Both the position numbers and the translations under genes were made by a program. This document shows positions 1 through 10,914 of a stretch of DNA of 64,000 nt, piece by piece. Below the pieces are notes generated by a model. The model was not told the DNA's origin. It saw nothing but the letters and a program-made list of their open reading frames with translations, and made no database searches. The stretch's first letter is position 1. Every line of letters begins with the position of its first letter. This DNA is from Carcharhinus amblyrhynchos (Eukaryota). The stretch spans positions 127,100,001 through 127,164,000 of the forward strand of contig OZ336870.1 of NCBI GenBank assembly GCA_965287045.1, read 5' to 3'.

Positions 1-321
1 GTTAAATTGTACCTTCTGTTGGGATTGGGAGCAGGTGCTAAAAGTGCCCATTCACTGATGTGCAAATGTAGTCATGACACATGATCATGATGGAGTGATG
101 TTGTAAGACACATTTATCCATTATTACTGCAGCAGCAATGCTGGTTGCTGATGACACCTGTGTGACACAGCCATTAGCGTCACTAGGGCCAGCAGAGGCC
201 AATTTAACATTAAATAGCCCACCAGAGAGAGCTGATTGCTAGGCAATCAATTCAGCGTTCTGGGTTTAAATGACACACCGATATCTGAAGAGTATGATCA
301 TTACTTTTTCAGCACTAGTGG

Positions 322-949
322 CTTCTGGAAGGAATAATAGTAAAATGGACTATTATTTAAATGGTAAAAAATTACAACATGCTACTGTGCAGAGGGACCT
401 GGGGGTCCTTGTGCATCAATCGCAAAAACTCAGTCTGCAGGTGCAGCAGATGATCAAGAAGGCAAATGGAATGTTGGCCTTTATCGCGAGGGGGATAGAA
501 TATAAAAGCAGGGAGATCTTGCTGCAATTGTACAGGGCACTGGTGAGGCCGCAACTAGAGTACTGTGTGCAATTTTGGTCCCCTTATTTGCGAAAGGATA
601 TATTGGCTTTGGAGGGAGTACAGAGAAGGTTCACCAGGTTGATACCGGAGATGAGGGGGTTAGCTTATAAGGAGAGATTGAGTAGATTGGGCTTGTACTA
701 GCTGGAGTTTAGAAGGCTGAGAGGTGATCTTATAGAGACATATAAGATAATGAAGGGGCTAGATAGGGTAGAGGCAGAGAGATTCCACTTAGCAAGGAAA
801 CAAGAACTAGAGGACACAGCCTCAAAGTAAGGGGGAGTCAGTTTAGAACAGAGTTGAGGAGGTACTTCTTCTCTGAGGGTAGTGAATCTCTGGAATTCTC
901 TGCCCATTGAAGTGGTGGAGGCTACCTCGTTGAATATGTTTAAGTCATA
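322..949 (+). mobile_element. CR1/HER1-type LINE, 3' ORF2 fragment (truncated at both ends)
   Basis: ORF 270-701 reads QRDLGVLVH...LYRALVRPQLEYCVQFWSPYLRKDILALEGVQRRFTRLI, the typical CR1 ORF2 C-terminus. There is a premature TAG at 699-701 and frameshifts downstream. Confidence 0.93.
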
Positions 950-1554
950 GTTCCCAGGAAACATGGCCAAATAGGTTAAGAATCATAATCTTGACTAAAA
1001 TAAATTTATGCAACAATCCATAAAAGCTTTTAATGACCAACCCGCCCTTGCAAGTGGATTGGCCTCAACCCTTTGTTCTGCTTACTTTAAAGCCAGAAGT
1101 GGGTGGGTTTGAAGTGGAGTGGGTCCCTGTTTCAGATTTTTAATGTTTAACTCCTCAGCTGGCCCACACTCTTATATTTAGGGGGTTAAAATTACTGCCA
1201 ATTTTGAGCAGACTAGTTTTACATTTACCCCCCCTTCCAAGTGCAGTCTGTTTTCTTGGATTCTCCTAGCAAGGTGAAAGCATTTGTCACGGTTTATGTC
1301 ATTTACATCCATCAGAATCCGAAAAGCAGCAAGCACGTCACATTTTGACTATTTTGTTTCCCAGTGAGAACATGCCCGATTTACATAACTGCTCCTCTTG
1401 GCCAATTCCCACCTCCCATCTATCCAATCATTCTGGTTCCTTCCTATTGCATCCTCTCAATGTCTGTAGTACCTTACTGCAGTGAGTAGAACTTCACACA
1501 CACTTCTGAACCTGATCACACCAATAATTTGTAATTTGACTTTTTTTAACCTCA

Positions 1555-1741
1555 AAATCCAAAGAAGTGCAGGTTAGGTTGATTGGCCATGCTAAAATTG
1601 CCCTTAGTGTCCTGAGATGCGTAGGTTAGAGGGATTAGTGGGTAAATATGTAGGGATATGGGGGTAGGGCCAGGGTGGGATTGTGGTTGGTGCAGACTCG
1701 ATGGACCAAATGGCCTCTTTCAGTGCTCTAGGATTTCTATG
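1555..1741 (+). mobile_element. HE1-like SINE, 3' half
   Basis: Contains gtgcaggttaggttgattggccatgctaaaattgccc...ggtgcagactcgatggaccaaatggcctc; homologous to the full copy at 25998-26309. Confidence 0.85.
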
Positions 1742-2972
1742 TTTATCACTGCATTAGACACTTATTTGAAGTTTGTGGTGATAACATTTCACACTTGAAT
1801 TTTTAAAATCTGAAATCGTATTCATTGTGGTCAGAAGTGGAGCACTGAACTAGAGTAGGCAATTGCATTAGGAAGGAGCGTGAGGTTTGTTATTACAGAT
1901 CCCATCTCTGATGAGCTTTCATATCTGGACTCAGTCTCATGGGTAAATCCAAACACCGAGTATTACCTTGGCCCAGCACTCAACCTTAATCATCACTCAG
2001 ACAGGTACCAGACAGTGATATGTAAAGTTCAATATGGCCAGTCTACTTCACGTTGCCATTTCACCTCATTCAACTGTGCTGGCTACTAATTTTCAATGAT
2101 CTTTTGATGAAACCCTCCAGTGGATGAAATATGATCATTCAAAACTCGTTGAGTTTTACGAGACTTGTCATTAAAAAAAAAAGGAAATTTGCCTGTCTAG
2201 CACAATTGGATTTATCTCACCGATGGTAGGGTGTACAGGGCAGTGTAAAGGAGGCTAACTTTTGAGATTTGTCTAACATGGCAGGCAGGGACCTGAGCTG
2301 GCAACTAGAGCACATCAACCTAGCTAGTCTGAAGGTTGGGCCAGGAACCCCAGACATCAAGAAACTGAGCTTGAAGGCCAAAGAATGGTGTTAGAGGCCC
2401 TTGGAAGAAAAATTAAAGCAGAGTTAGCTGACCCTCAAAATGATTGACAGGAGTTGGTGAGCCCCACTGACTCTACCAATGCTGTTGTGAAAATGGTGGA
2501 ATTTGGAAGCCATGAGGGAATATTTGATTTTGGAACTTCCATTAACAGAGTTTATCCTCCTTGATGGGGTAAAAACATAATAGGCAAGAAATTGGGAGTG
2601 TTTGTGCCCATTTGTGGTCCGAGAGTGCTGAAATGGTGAAGGCAACGCTGATTTGATGTTGGGCTGCCATTTTGGAGCTCAATTCTCCAGCTATTGACCT
2701 CTCTTGATCTCACATAGCTCCTTATCCTACCAGCTACTTAAAGCAGTCAACAAGTTAATTGCTGGTTAATTTCCTTTAGCTGTTACTTTAATTCTACAAC
2801 TGTTGGTACTTTTCATAATGGTTTGAAGTTGCAAAATTCTGCAGCAAGTGGCCAAGAGGTGCTGAGGTGGTGGAGCCTTTAAAACTTTAGTACAAACCAA
2901 TAGCCCCAGATATGGGTGCACAAGTAGACTTTCCTTTTGGATGACTTGCAAAAGAAACAGAAATCACCCAAA

Positions 2973-3530
2973 GTTATGTGCAGACATAAGCTGTAAATGC
3001 TGCAGGTCAATGCTCAGTATCCTGGCAGCAGTCCTAATGTGTCTTTTCTGCACCAATTTTCTTTCCCAGCTGCATTTAAACCACTGTAACAAACCAAAAT
3101 GGATAACAAATTATTCAGTCACCACATTGCTGATAACTCCAGTGTGCAAGCCATATGTATCTGCACAGCATGCATACAATGAAAGTCGTGCTGCTACACA
3201 AAATGTTACAGAGCTAGCTATATTCAAGAGCTGGCTAGATGTAGCGCTTGGGGCGAATGGGATCAAAGGTTATGGGGAGAAAGCAGGATTAGGCTATTGA
3301 GTTGGATGATCAGCCATGATCGTGATGAATGACAGAGCAGGCTCGAAGGACCAAATGGCCTCCTCCTGCACCTATCTTCTGTTTCTATTATACTGAAATC
3401 ACAAGCCTGGGTCATGTTGGAGGAATCCTCAGCAGGGTGAATGCCAGAATTAACGGTGTTTACGTGTTGTACATCCTCAGCATCATAATGGAACAGCTTC
3501 TACCAAGCTGTATATTGAACAGTTGAGGAG
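2973..3530 (+). pseudogene. Degenerate PIF/Harbinger (HARBI1-like) DDE transposase, C-terminal part, interrupted by a CR1 tail
   Basis: Manual translation gives MLQVNAQYPGSSPNVSFLHQ (from 2997), then LLITPVCKPYVSAQHAYNESRAATQNVTE, and after the insertion SLGHVGGIL...YVLYILSI. These match HARBI1-family motifs VNARYPGSxHD, WLMTP..YNESH..TR.VIE and LDRSGG..CCMLHNL in the correct order. Confidence 0.75.
3210..3390 (+). mobile_element. CR1 LINE 3' end inserted in the Harbinger transposase
   Basis: IFKSWLDVALGANGIKGYGEKAG followed by the gatcagccatgatc...gcaggctcgaaggaccaaatggcctcctcctg tail. Confidence 0.88.
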
Positions 3531-4429
3531 CAGGAGGAATAGGAATGGAAAGGGAGGAGGTAATCACATGGCCCTTTCTGACTGGGTTATCCATGACTAA
3601 CTGCCCCAAGTGTGATACCAGTAACCACAATCTGTTTGCCATTAGTTGACATTCATACACCTTAATTTCTCTGTCACTGTTGGCTGGCTGCAAAACAAAA
3701 ATAAAAGGAGCCACAAAACAAACGTTTCAAATACAATGCATGAATTAAACAATGCCATATTGGATACATGCATTAACTAATCATCATTGCGTATTCTCTC
3801 ATACCTCTCTTCCAAGTGCCTTTACCTGTCGCAGTGTTCCTCTACTATAACCCTCTTCTGGTTATGACATGGCTGGTGGAAAGCTGACTTTCAGTGGAGA
3901 GATTGCAGGTGATCTTGGATGTCAATCTTGAGCAGACCTAGCCCGAGAAGGCATATCTGTGAATTATACCATCTCGGCAATCTTCTATAGCCTGTCCATT
4001 GCTCATCTAAGTCCTCTGCAACAGTGTTCATGTTCAACTTTGCCCTTCAAAAAAGTACCAAGCTTGTCTCCTGCTCTGGCCAGACCCATTTTGTACCCAG
4101 TGTCTCAGGACATGCATCTCTGCTATTCTCTAAATCAGAAGAGTTAATGAAATAATGAGGAGCTGGGATGTGAAGAGAATAATGAGGACACCATCATCAC
4201 CTTCAAAAGTTTAAAACCCAAGAATGACCATAACCTTGCAATGACCATCTCAATAATGACCAGCACTAAATTCTCCATAGAGGTTAGGACATGTAGAATT
4301 ACCTTCCCCCTCTAGTTAACTTCTGCAGCTTCTGGTTGTGTACCACTTTATCATATAGGAGAAAGGAATCTGCAGCTGTGTCACGCACTCTGTCGGTGAT
4401 GTGGGTAGCACAGTTGCATAGCTGGCATT

Positions 4430-5028
4430 ACGTGCAGCTGTATAGGGCATTGGTGAGGCCGCAGCTGGAGTACTGTGTGCAGTTTTGGGCGCCGCACCTG
4501 CGCAAGGATATTTTGGCCTTGGAGGGAGTGCAGAGGAGGTTTACTAGGCTGATGCCAGAGTTGAGGGGGTTGAGCTATGAGGAGAGGCTGAATAAACTAG
4601 GCTTGTACTCGTTAGAGTTTAGAAGAATGAGGGGAGATCTCATTGAGACGTATAAGATGATGAATGGGATGGATAGGATAGAGGTGGAGAGACTCTTCCT
4701 GCTCAAAAAAGACAGTAGGACTAGGGGGCACAGCCTCAAGATAAAGGAGGGGCGGTTTAGAACGGAGTTGAGGAGGAACTTCTTCACTCAAAGGGTGGTG
4801 AATATCTGGAATTCTCTGCCCGTTGAAGTGGTGGAGGCTGCCTCGCTAAATATTTTTAAGAAGCGGGTTGATGGGTTTTTGATAAGAGAGGGGATTAAGG
4901 GTTATGGGGAGAGGGCGGGAAAGTGGAACTGAGCCACGACAGATCAGCCATGATCTTATTGAATGGCGGGGCAGGCTCGAAGGGCCAGATGGCCTACTCC
5001 TGCTCCTATTTCTTACGTTCTTATGTTC
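4430..5028 (+). mobile_element. Young 5'-truncated CR1 LINE with uninterrupted ORF2 C-terminus and 3' UTR
   Basis: Open frame QLYRALVRPQLEYCVQFWAPHLRKD...GIKGYGERAGKWN* ends at 4932, followed by the stem-loop tail and cttacgttcttatgtt repeat. Many CpGs are retained. Confidence 0.95.
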
Positions 5029-5249
5029 TCTGAGATATGGATGTGATGCTTCCAGTATTGCTACATGTGAGGTGAAACATAAGAATGTCATGTATGAGTC
5101 CTGTTTGATTGCTGGTAGGTGAATGATGGGCTTTTGATGAAATGAGCAGTGTCTGAAGTCAGTGGTTCTGTTGGCTGTTTGGCCTTGACCACTTGTGTGT
5201 ACATTGAACTTCTTGCAGCGCTGCAATCAAGTCTTGAGCTTGATCCCTC

Positions 5250-5385
5250 ACAGAACTTTTACAATACAGAAGGAGGCTATTTGGCTCAGTGGCCCTCTGA
5301 AAGACCACTCTACCTAGCGCCACTCCCCTGCCTGATTCCCATAACCCTGCTCATTTTTGCATTGACTGTATCTGTTCCCACTACT
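5250..5385 (-). mobile_element. CR1/SINE 3' tail remnant inside the Myb gene
   Basis: cagaacttttacaatacagaaggaggctatttggctc is the reverse complement of a CR1-type tail. Confidence 0.6.
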
Positions 5386-5959
5386 TTCTGAACTTGGATC
5401 TGGTAATCATTATGGGCCCTTGCATATTTTGGACATCTCTTCTTTCCACTTTCCGCACCAAGACCTCCAGTTCTTGGTGGAGCCTTGGAGTCACTGTCTG
5501 CCATGTTGTGGCATTCTTCAATATTCTCCAGGCCAAAATCATCTCTGACATCACTGCCAGAAACCATTCCAGCTAAAGTACAACTCTCTTTTAAGAGATG
5601 CAGGTTAGCTCTAAGTTGTGCTAGCTATTCACGGATGCATCCAACTCGTCAATATTGACATTAATGCAGGTCAGATTTATTTTTCCACAAAATTCATAAA
5701 ATATCTGAAAGAAAATTACAAACATTTAAAACTGCCTCATGCAATGTGCAATAGTATTCAGATTCTCTACATTAATCATGTTGCTCCCTTGGGGTGCTCC
5801 AATACAGTCAAAGAAACTTTACAGACATTTCAAAAGGGCCACTACAAATGGAGCAAAGGTAATTAAGTTTTCATCATAGATCGAGTTACACTCTGAAGTC
5901 CTTCAAACAATTGTGATGCATGTAATATTCACTGCATACATTGAATGAGTCATACTGTT

Positions 5960-6080
5960 CCAGGGGTGTTCTGCTCCCCTTGTTCACTGTGACTGGAAGA
6001 TTGTAAAACAGTGACTTTCCCCATTTTGCCTCTGCAGTGGCTGCCCAAGCTTTAGTACATCCCTTTGCACGCAGTCCTGA
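5960..6080 (-). mobile_element. Tx1/L1-like LINE 3' end remnant
   Basis: Minus-strand translation QDCVQRDVLKLG/AATAEAKWGKVT resembles the C-terminus of fish and shark Tx1-like ORF2 (QDYVLRDALKLGAAAAKAQWGKTT). Confidence 0.6.
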
Positions 6081-6369
6081 GTAGACGAGTTGCTGAAATC
6101 ACTGAAATGAGCAGACAGCACAAAGTTAGCATGCTGCCTGCAACACAGTCAACAGGTACAGGTTAACAACATATCATCCCTGTGCCTGACTTTGGGAGCT
6201 ATTGAATTTAGCCCTAAATACCTGTGGCAACAACTTATAGGCTTATTCATTCTCAGATTACACTTGTTTGCTGACAAAAGTGCTTGCAAAATAAAAATAA
6301 AATAAAAACCACACCTAGTCATGTCAGGATCTGTTGTTAGCTTGCTTTTTATAGGTAAAAAGAAATGAA

Positions 6370-6550
6370 ACTGCAGATGCAATTAGTTCAAATTGAAAAG
6401 CAGAAAAGGTAAGCAATATTTAGCAGATCAGACAGCAGCTGTGCAGAGAGAAATGAGTTAACATTTCAGATGAATTACTGAGAGTATAGTGAAATGCTGA
6501 AAATACTCAGCAGATCTGGCAGAATGGATAGAAAGAGAAACAGAATTTCA
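6370..6550. mobile_element. Two tandem remnants of a short Penelope-associated repeat
   Basis: ctgcagatgc...agcagatcagacagcagctgtgcagagagaaatgagttaacatttcag and gaaatgctgaaaatactcagcagatctggcag; the same family recurs at ~9385, 29545, 30706, 35685 and 54791. Confidence 0.6.
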
Positions 6551-7029
6551 CAGGTACCACATCCTGGCACAACTACCTATAGCTTTTATTTTGCTCGATG
6601 ATACAAGTAAAAATGATCACATTTTGTCAGGAGGTGAGTATAATCTTAGAGTAAGTAAGCCAGTAAATTATTGACACAGGTATTCAGAGCTAAATTCAAT
6701 GTCCCTCCCCCCAGAGACCGGCACAAGGATGGTGGACAGCAGTCACTGGAATGGCCTTCACAGAATTATTACAGCAGAGAAGGAGGGCATTCAGCATGTC
6801 AGATCTGTGCCCGCTCTCCAAATGAGCGATCTTTAAACTTTATTTATTAGTGTCACGAGTAGCCTTACATTAACACTGCAATTAAGTAATTGTGAACTTC
6901 CCTTGGTTGACTGTAGCTAAACTGAATGCCGAAGAAGTGCTGAAGTGAGTTAACTCAATATGTAAACGTATAATAAATACAGTGTAAAAAGGTACACTTG
7001 ACTGCTCACATTATAGTCTTGCTACAGTT

Positions 7030-7340
7030 GTTGGTGATTACGTGTCTGCTTTGCAGAATATATGCATTCAGTTTGGAAGCTTGACTTCGAGTTTTCGGTG
7101 GCCTGTTATTTTAATTCTTCACCTTGCTTTGATGCTGAAATTTCTGACTTTGGCCTGCTGTACTAATAAGGTGAAGCTCAGTGTAAGCTTGAGAAACACA
7201 TCTCATCTTTCAGTCAGGCACTTTACAACCTCCTGGGCTTCACACTGGGTTCAATGGTTTCAGACTGTAAATTCCTTTTCCTTTTCTTTGCATGTTTCAC
7301 TTTTTCTCTTATTTTTACATTTCTCCTCGTTTTCATTTAG
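7030..7340 (+). mobile_element. Penelope-like element, GIY-YIG endonuclease C-terminus and pyrimidine-rich 3' region (degenerate)
   Basis: Reads FAEYMHSVWKLDFEFSVACYFNS...EAQCKLEK-LIFQSGTLQPPGLHTGFNGFR*, matching the Penelope C-terminus pattern FAEHLRSV...PVACHFN...RKLEEQHLIFRLGTLQPxGLN. Confidence 0.75.
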
Positions 7341-8039
7341 AATGCTGGAGGATTGTAATGCTGAATCCCAGTTGCAGTGCAGACCAATAGTTGTGAAAGA
7401 AGAGCTTTTTGACTTGCCTGATCAGCAAATACTCCATCCAAATTTATTTACAGACAAATTGGCCTGAGAAATTTTTGATCTCATTCTGCTGCTGTGTCTG
7501 TGGAAGAATGGGATTTGCGTCGGCCTTTGGTTTCTCTATTTGATCTGTTCCAAATTCCTGGAGATTTCTACAAAGTCAGCAGACCTCCGGACCAATGGAA
7601 TTGCAGTCAGGGCACCGACTCTGAGAGGAACATAAAATTAGTAGGGGAGACGATTGTTGGAAAGGCATAATGGAAGGTCTGGATAAAGAGGATTTAATTT
7701 TCAAAAACCAATGACCATTGAGATCAGTACCTTTTAGAGCAGTTCTAGATCTAGTGGGCCCCATTTTCTTCACTTTACATCCCTATATACATACATCAAC
7801 AAACATCCACTACATTAGGAAGGAACACCAGAAGAAGAACTAGAATGGGGAATTCTGCTGCATTACATCACGCTTGTGGCTGCAAAATGGATTGCATGAC
7901 TGGAGCGTTGGCACATCCCCTGGAATGCTGGCAGAGCACAAGCACGGAGTAGCTGCTCAGCTAGTGAATAAAGTATTGTTTTGTTGCGAGTCCTTGTCAG
8001 TTTTTGGAAACCCAGTGCTCCTACAATGCTGTCAACTTA

Positions 8040-9020
8040 GAAATGTAGAACCTATAAGCAGGAGTACACATTCAGCCCGTTGAGCCTGCTCCGCCATTCA
8101 TATTGATCTTGGCTGATCATCAAATTCAATATCCTGATCCTCTCGCCACCCAAAACACATATTCATTTATCCCTTTAGTTATATCTTTTTTTTCTTGAAA
8201 TCAGACAATGTTTTGCCCTCATACTTTCTGTGGTAGTGAATTCCACTCTCTGGGTAAAGAAATTTCTCCTGATCCCAGTTCTAAAAGGTTTACCCCTTAT
8301 CCTCAAAATATAACCCCTAGTTCTAGACTCCCCCACCATTAGGAACATCTTATTTGACTCCACTTTGTCTAACCCCGTTAGAATTTTATAAGTTTCTATG
8401 AAATCCCCTCTCACTGTTGTAAACTCCAGTGAATAGAATCCCAACCAACTTTCCTCATATGACTGTTAGAATGTAACCAATGATAACATTAGATCTGTTA
8501 CAGTGTGACCAATGGAAACGTGCTGTGAGGGTCAACTGACCACCTGACCCAGTAAACAATGTAACCAATGACAAAATAAAGTGGCAATCAGCTGACTTAA
8601 TATAACTGAGAAGCAGTTGGGAATTGTGGGGAGCTTGATGGCCCAGGGTGTGGCCTCAAGAATTGGAGTAATGAAGTTTCTTTATTAAATCTCTTCATTG
8701 ATTTATTTGTTGAAGTAAGTTTTGTTTTATTTTATTGCTTGCAACTGAAGAGCTCCTTCTACTGGATGAACAATGACAGACCTGCCATCAGAGGAATCAG
8801 CCTGGTAAACCTTTGCTGTGTTCCCTCTATAGCCTTCCTCAGATAAGGACATTAAAACTGCACGTGATACCCTGGGTGAGGCCTCACCAATGCTCTGCAT
8901 AATTGTAGCAAAAAATCCCCATCCCTGTACTCAAAGCCACTCTCTAGGCCAACATACCATTTGTCTTCTTTACTGCCTGCTGTACCTGCGTGCTTACTTG
9001 TAGCAACTAATGCACGAGAA
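8040..9020 (-). mobile_element. CR1 LINE 3' part, split by a solo LTR
   Basis: ORF 8175-8444 (YSLEFTTVRGDFIETYKILTGLDKV...RRNFFTQRV); tail at ~8040-8130; homology resumes at 8773. Confidence 0.9.
8464..8772 (+). mobile_element. Solo LTR with 5-bp TSD (ATGAC)
   Basis: TGTT...AACA termini with ATGAC on both sides (8459-8463 and 8773-8777). Internal CCAAT x3, a TATA-like taatataa and attaaa. It interrupts a CR1. Confidence 0.85.
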
Positions 9021-9384
9021 CATAAATCTCATGGCACTAGGGACCTATTACTACCAAATAAGCATTATTTAAATATATTATCACTGATAGCACAGTTTGC
9101 TGCTTCTAGGCTGCAAGGTTCTATCTTCTAGAGCATTGCTGCATGGTAGATGCTTGCAGCATTGAAGGTGGTCATTCAGCCCATCAGATCTGTGTGGCTG
9201 TTTGCTCGATCAATTCAAAACTAATCTCAGTGGTCTGCTTTCTCCCCACCACCCTATAGTATCTAATTCTCCTTTAAATGATATTCCATATCTACTGAAT
9301 ATTAATTTGCCCTGTTGAAGTGAGTGCATGACCAGGTTTCTGACTAGTTTAGGAATTACAGCTTGGCGTTTAATAAATGTTAGG

Positions 9385-9490
9385 CAATCTGAAATAAAAA
9401 CAGAAAATGATGGAAACACATGGCTGATCAGGCATCATTTCTGGAGAGAGAAACAGAGTTGACATGTAAGGTAAATGGGTTTTCATCATA
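9385..9490 (-). mobile_element. Short Penelope-associated repeat remnant
   Basis: aatctgaaataaaaacagaaaatgatggaaac...ggagagagaaacagagttgac. Confidence 0.6.
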
Positions 9491-10074
9491 AGTCAACCTA
9501 CCTTTTTAAAGTTCTACATTTAGTCAAACTGCTTGTCCAATATAATAATGACATCTGCAAGGAATATTTTCACACACTGTTCTTCCAACTAGTGGCACTG
9601 GGTAACAAAGTTTGCAATGGCATCATTGGAGCCATGCTGTATTATGCACATCATTCAAAATATTCCTATTATTGCATTTTATTTTCTTGAGTTTTTATTT
9701 GACATACTCCGCTAAATTATGGTGCACATAAAATGCACAATGCAAAGCTGTGGATCTTAGGCTATTGATTCACTGACCACCTGTAACATTGGGCAATTTT
9801 AACCCAGTTGCTCATGCAAATGTGTCCAGAGTAATTAACTGCTCATAATTTGACAAGAATTGAAATATCAGTCAGTGAGGAAAGAAGAATGATTTAGGAA
9901 GTGCAATGTTAAGCCAATGTGAAATTGTGGTTAAGGCATATTATTGTAAAAGGTATGTTTTAAGCTGCAATTGCTTTGAAAATGTTTGATATTGACCTGG
10001 ATGTCCAACACAAAAAATTCCAATGTCCACAGTCCTCATTCCAACTTAATTAAATTTGAGTTCTGAACTTCAGA

Positions 10075-10432
10075 AAAAAAAGACAGACTTAAATTTTTAT
10101 AGGGCCTTTCACAACCACCAAGTAGTAAATAATTTTGTTGTGTAGTTACTGTTCTGATGTAGGAAACATGGAAACCAATTTGCACACAGCAAACTCCAAA
10201 CAGCAACATGATAATAACCAGAAAATCTGTTTCTGTGATGTTCGTTAAAAGATAAATATGGACCAGGATACTAGAGATAACTCCCCTGCCCTTATTTGAA
10301 GTGGCACCCCAGATGTTTTGTGACCACCTGAGAAAGCAAATGTTGCCTAAGTTTAATGTCTCTTCCAAAGACAACACTCCCCTCAGTACTGCACTGGATT
10401 GTCAGACTTGATTTTTGTGCTCAATTCCTGAA
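10075..10432 (-). mobile_element. SacSINE1/DeuSINE-like SINE
   Basis: Contains cactcccctcagtactgcactggattgtcagacttgattttt and ccaatttgcacacagcaaactcc blocks. Homologous copies at ~27330, 43645, 54410 and 57205. Confidence 0.75.
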
Positions 10433-10435
10433 TTT

Positions 10436-10914
10436 GGGGGGGCGGAGTTCCTGAAGTCAGGGGTCAGGGGGGGCTCGCGGGCCTGGAGACTTCAGCCCCA
10501 GTAATTGAGCCTATTTCCAGCGCGGAGTTGACGCTGCCGGAAATCTGGCATTGGGCAACACTATCGGGGCGCGACTCCCAGCGTGGATCCCGCGCATCGA
10601 GCGCCACTTGAATCTCTCAAACTGCTGTGGCAAAAAAATCACCCCCAATATCTTTATTTGCTTAATTCTGAAGAGCACATTCCTATCTTCCTCAGTCAAT
10701 TTGACAGTTCTAATGGAGTCATTTTGTGCTGATATTGTGTGGGATGCCCCAGCTGTCCATGCCAGTGGGATTCTCTGGTCCCACCAGCAGTGCACCCTTG
10801 CCCATGGCAGCGTGGGATGGTGTCAGTGGGACCAGAGAATCCTGCCACCAGCAAATGCTGCGACACCTCCCGTTGCCGAAAAACATGCAGCTGGGAGGCC
10901 GGAGAATCTTGCCC
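10436..10914. mobile_element. GC-rich Harbinger-like MITE fragments (10436-10620 and 10738-10914)
   Basis: Internal inverted repeat ggattctctggtcccac...gtgggaccagagaatcc; ends ggagaatcttgccc, similar to the TIRs at 46334-46453. Confidence 0.6.

Larger units (their letters stand above)
4200..5515 (-). pseudogene. Degenerate Harbinger Myb/SANT (trihelix-like) partner gene with two recognisable exons
   Basis: Minus strand reads PRLHQELEVLVRKVERRDV (~5490-5430), QRCKKFNV (~5225-5200) and exon 2 DKVVHNQKLQKLTRGG...LHVLTSMENLVLVII (~4352-4250). Homologous to the copies at 21660-21890 and 62180-63080. Confidence 0.72.

Noticed and set aside
270-701. 143-aa ORF as a host gene (likewise the ORFs at 4336-4932 and 24370-24972)
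   Set aside because: These are CR1 ORF2 fragments with fortuitous starts.
3560-3880. Minus-strand transposase-like words (WLL...PVRK, SHVITRR)
   Set aside because: They are in the wrong order for a transposase, and the convincing transposase remnant is on the + strand.
7341-7467. Apparent terminal exon after a strong polypyrimidine/AG (MLEDCNAESQLQCRPIVVKEELFDLPDQQ...*)
   Set aside because: The pyrimidine tract belongs to the preceding Penelope remnant. The peptide is unrecognised and no partner exons were found; RNA-seq would be needed.
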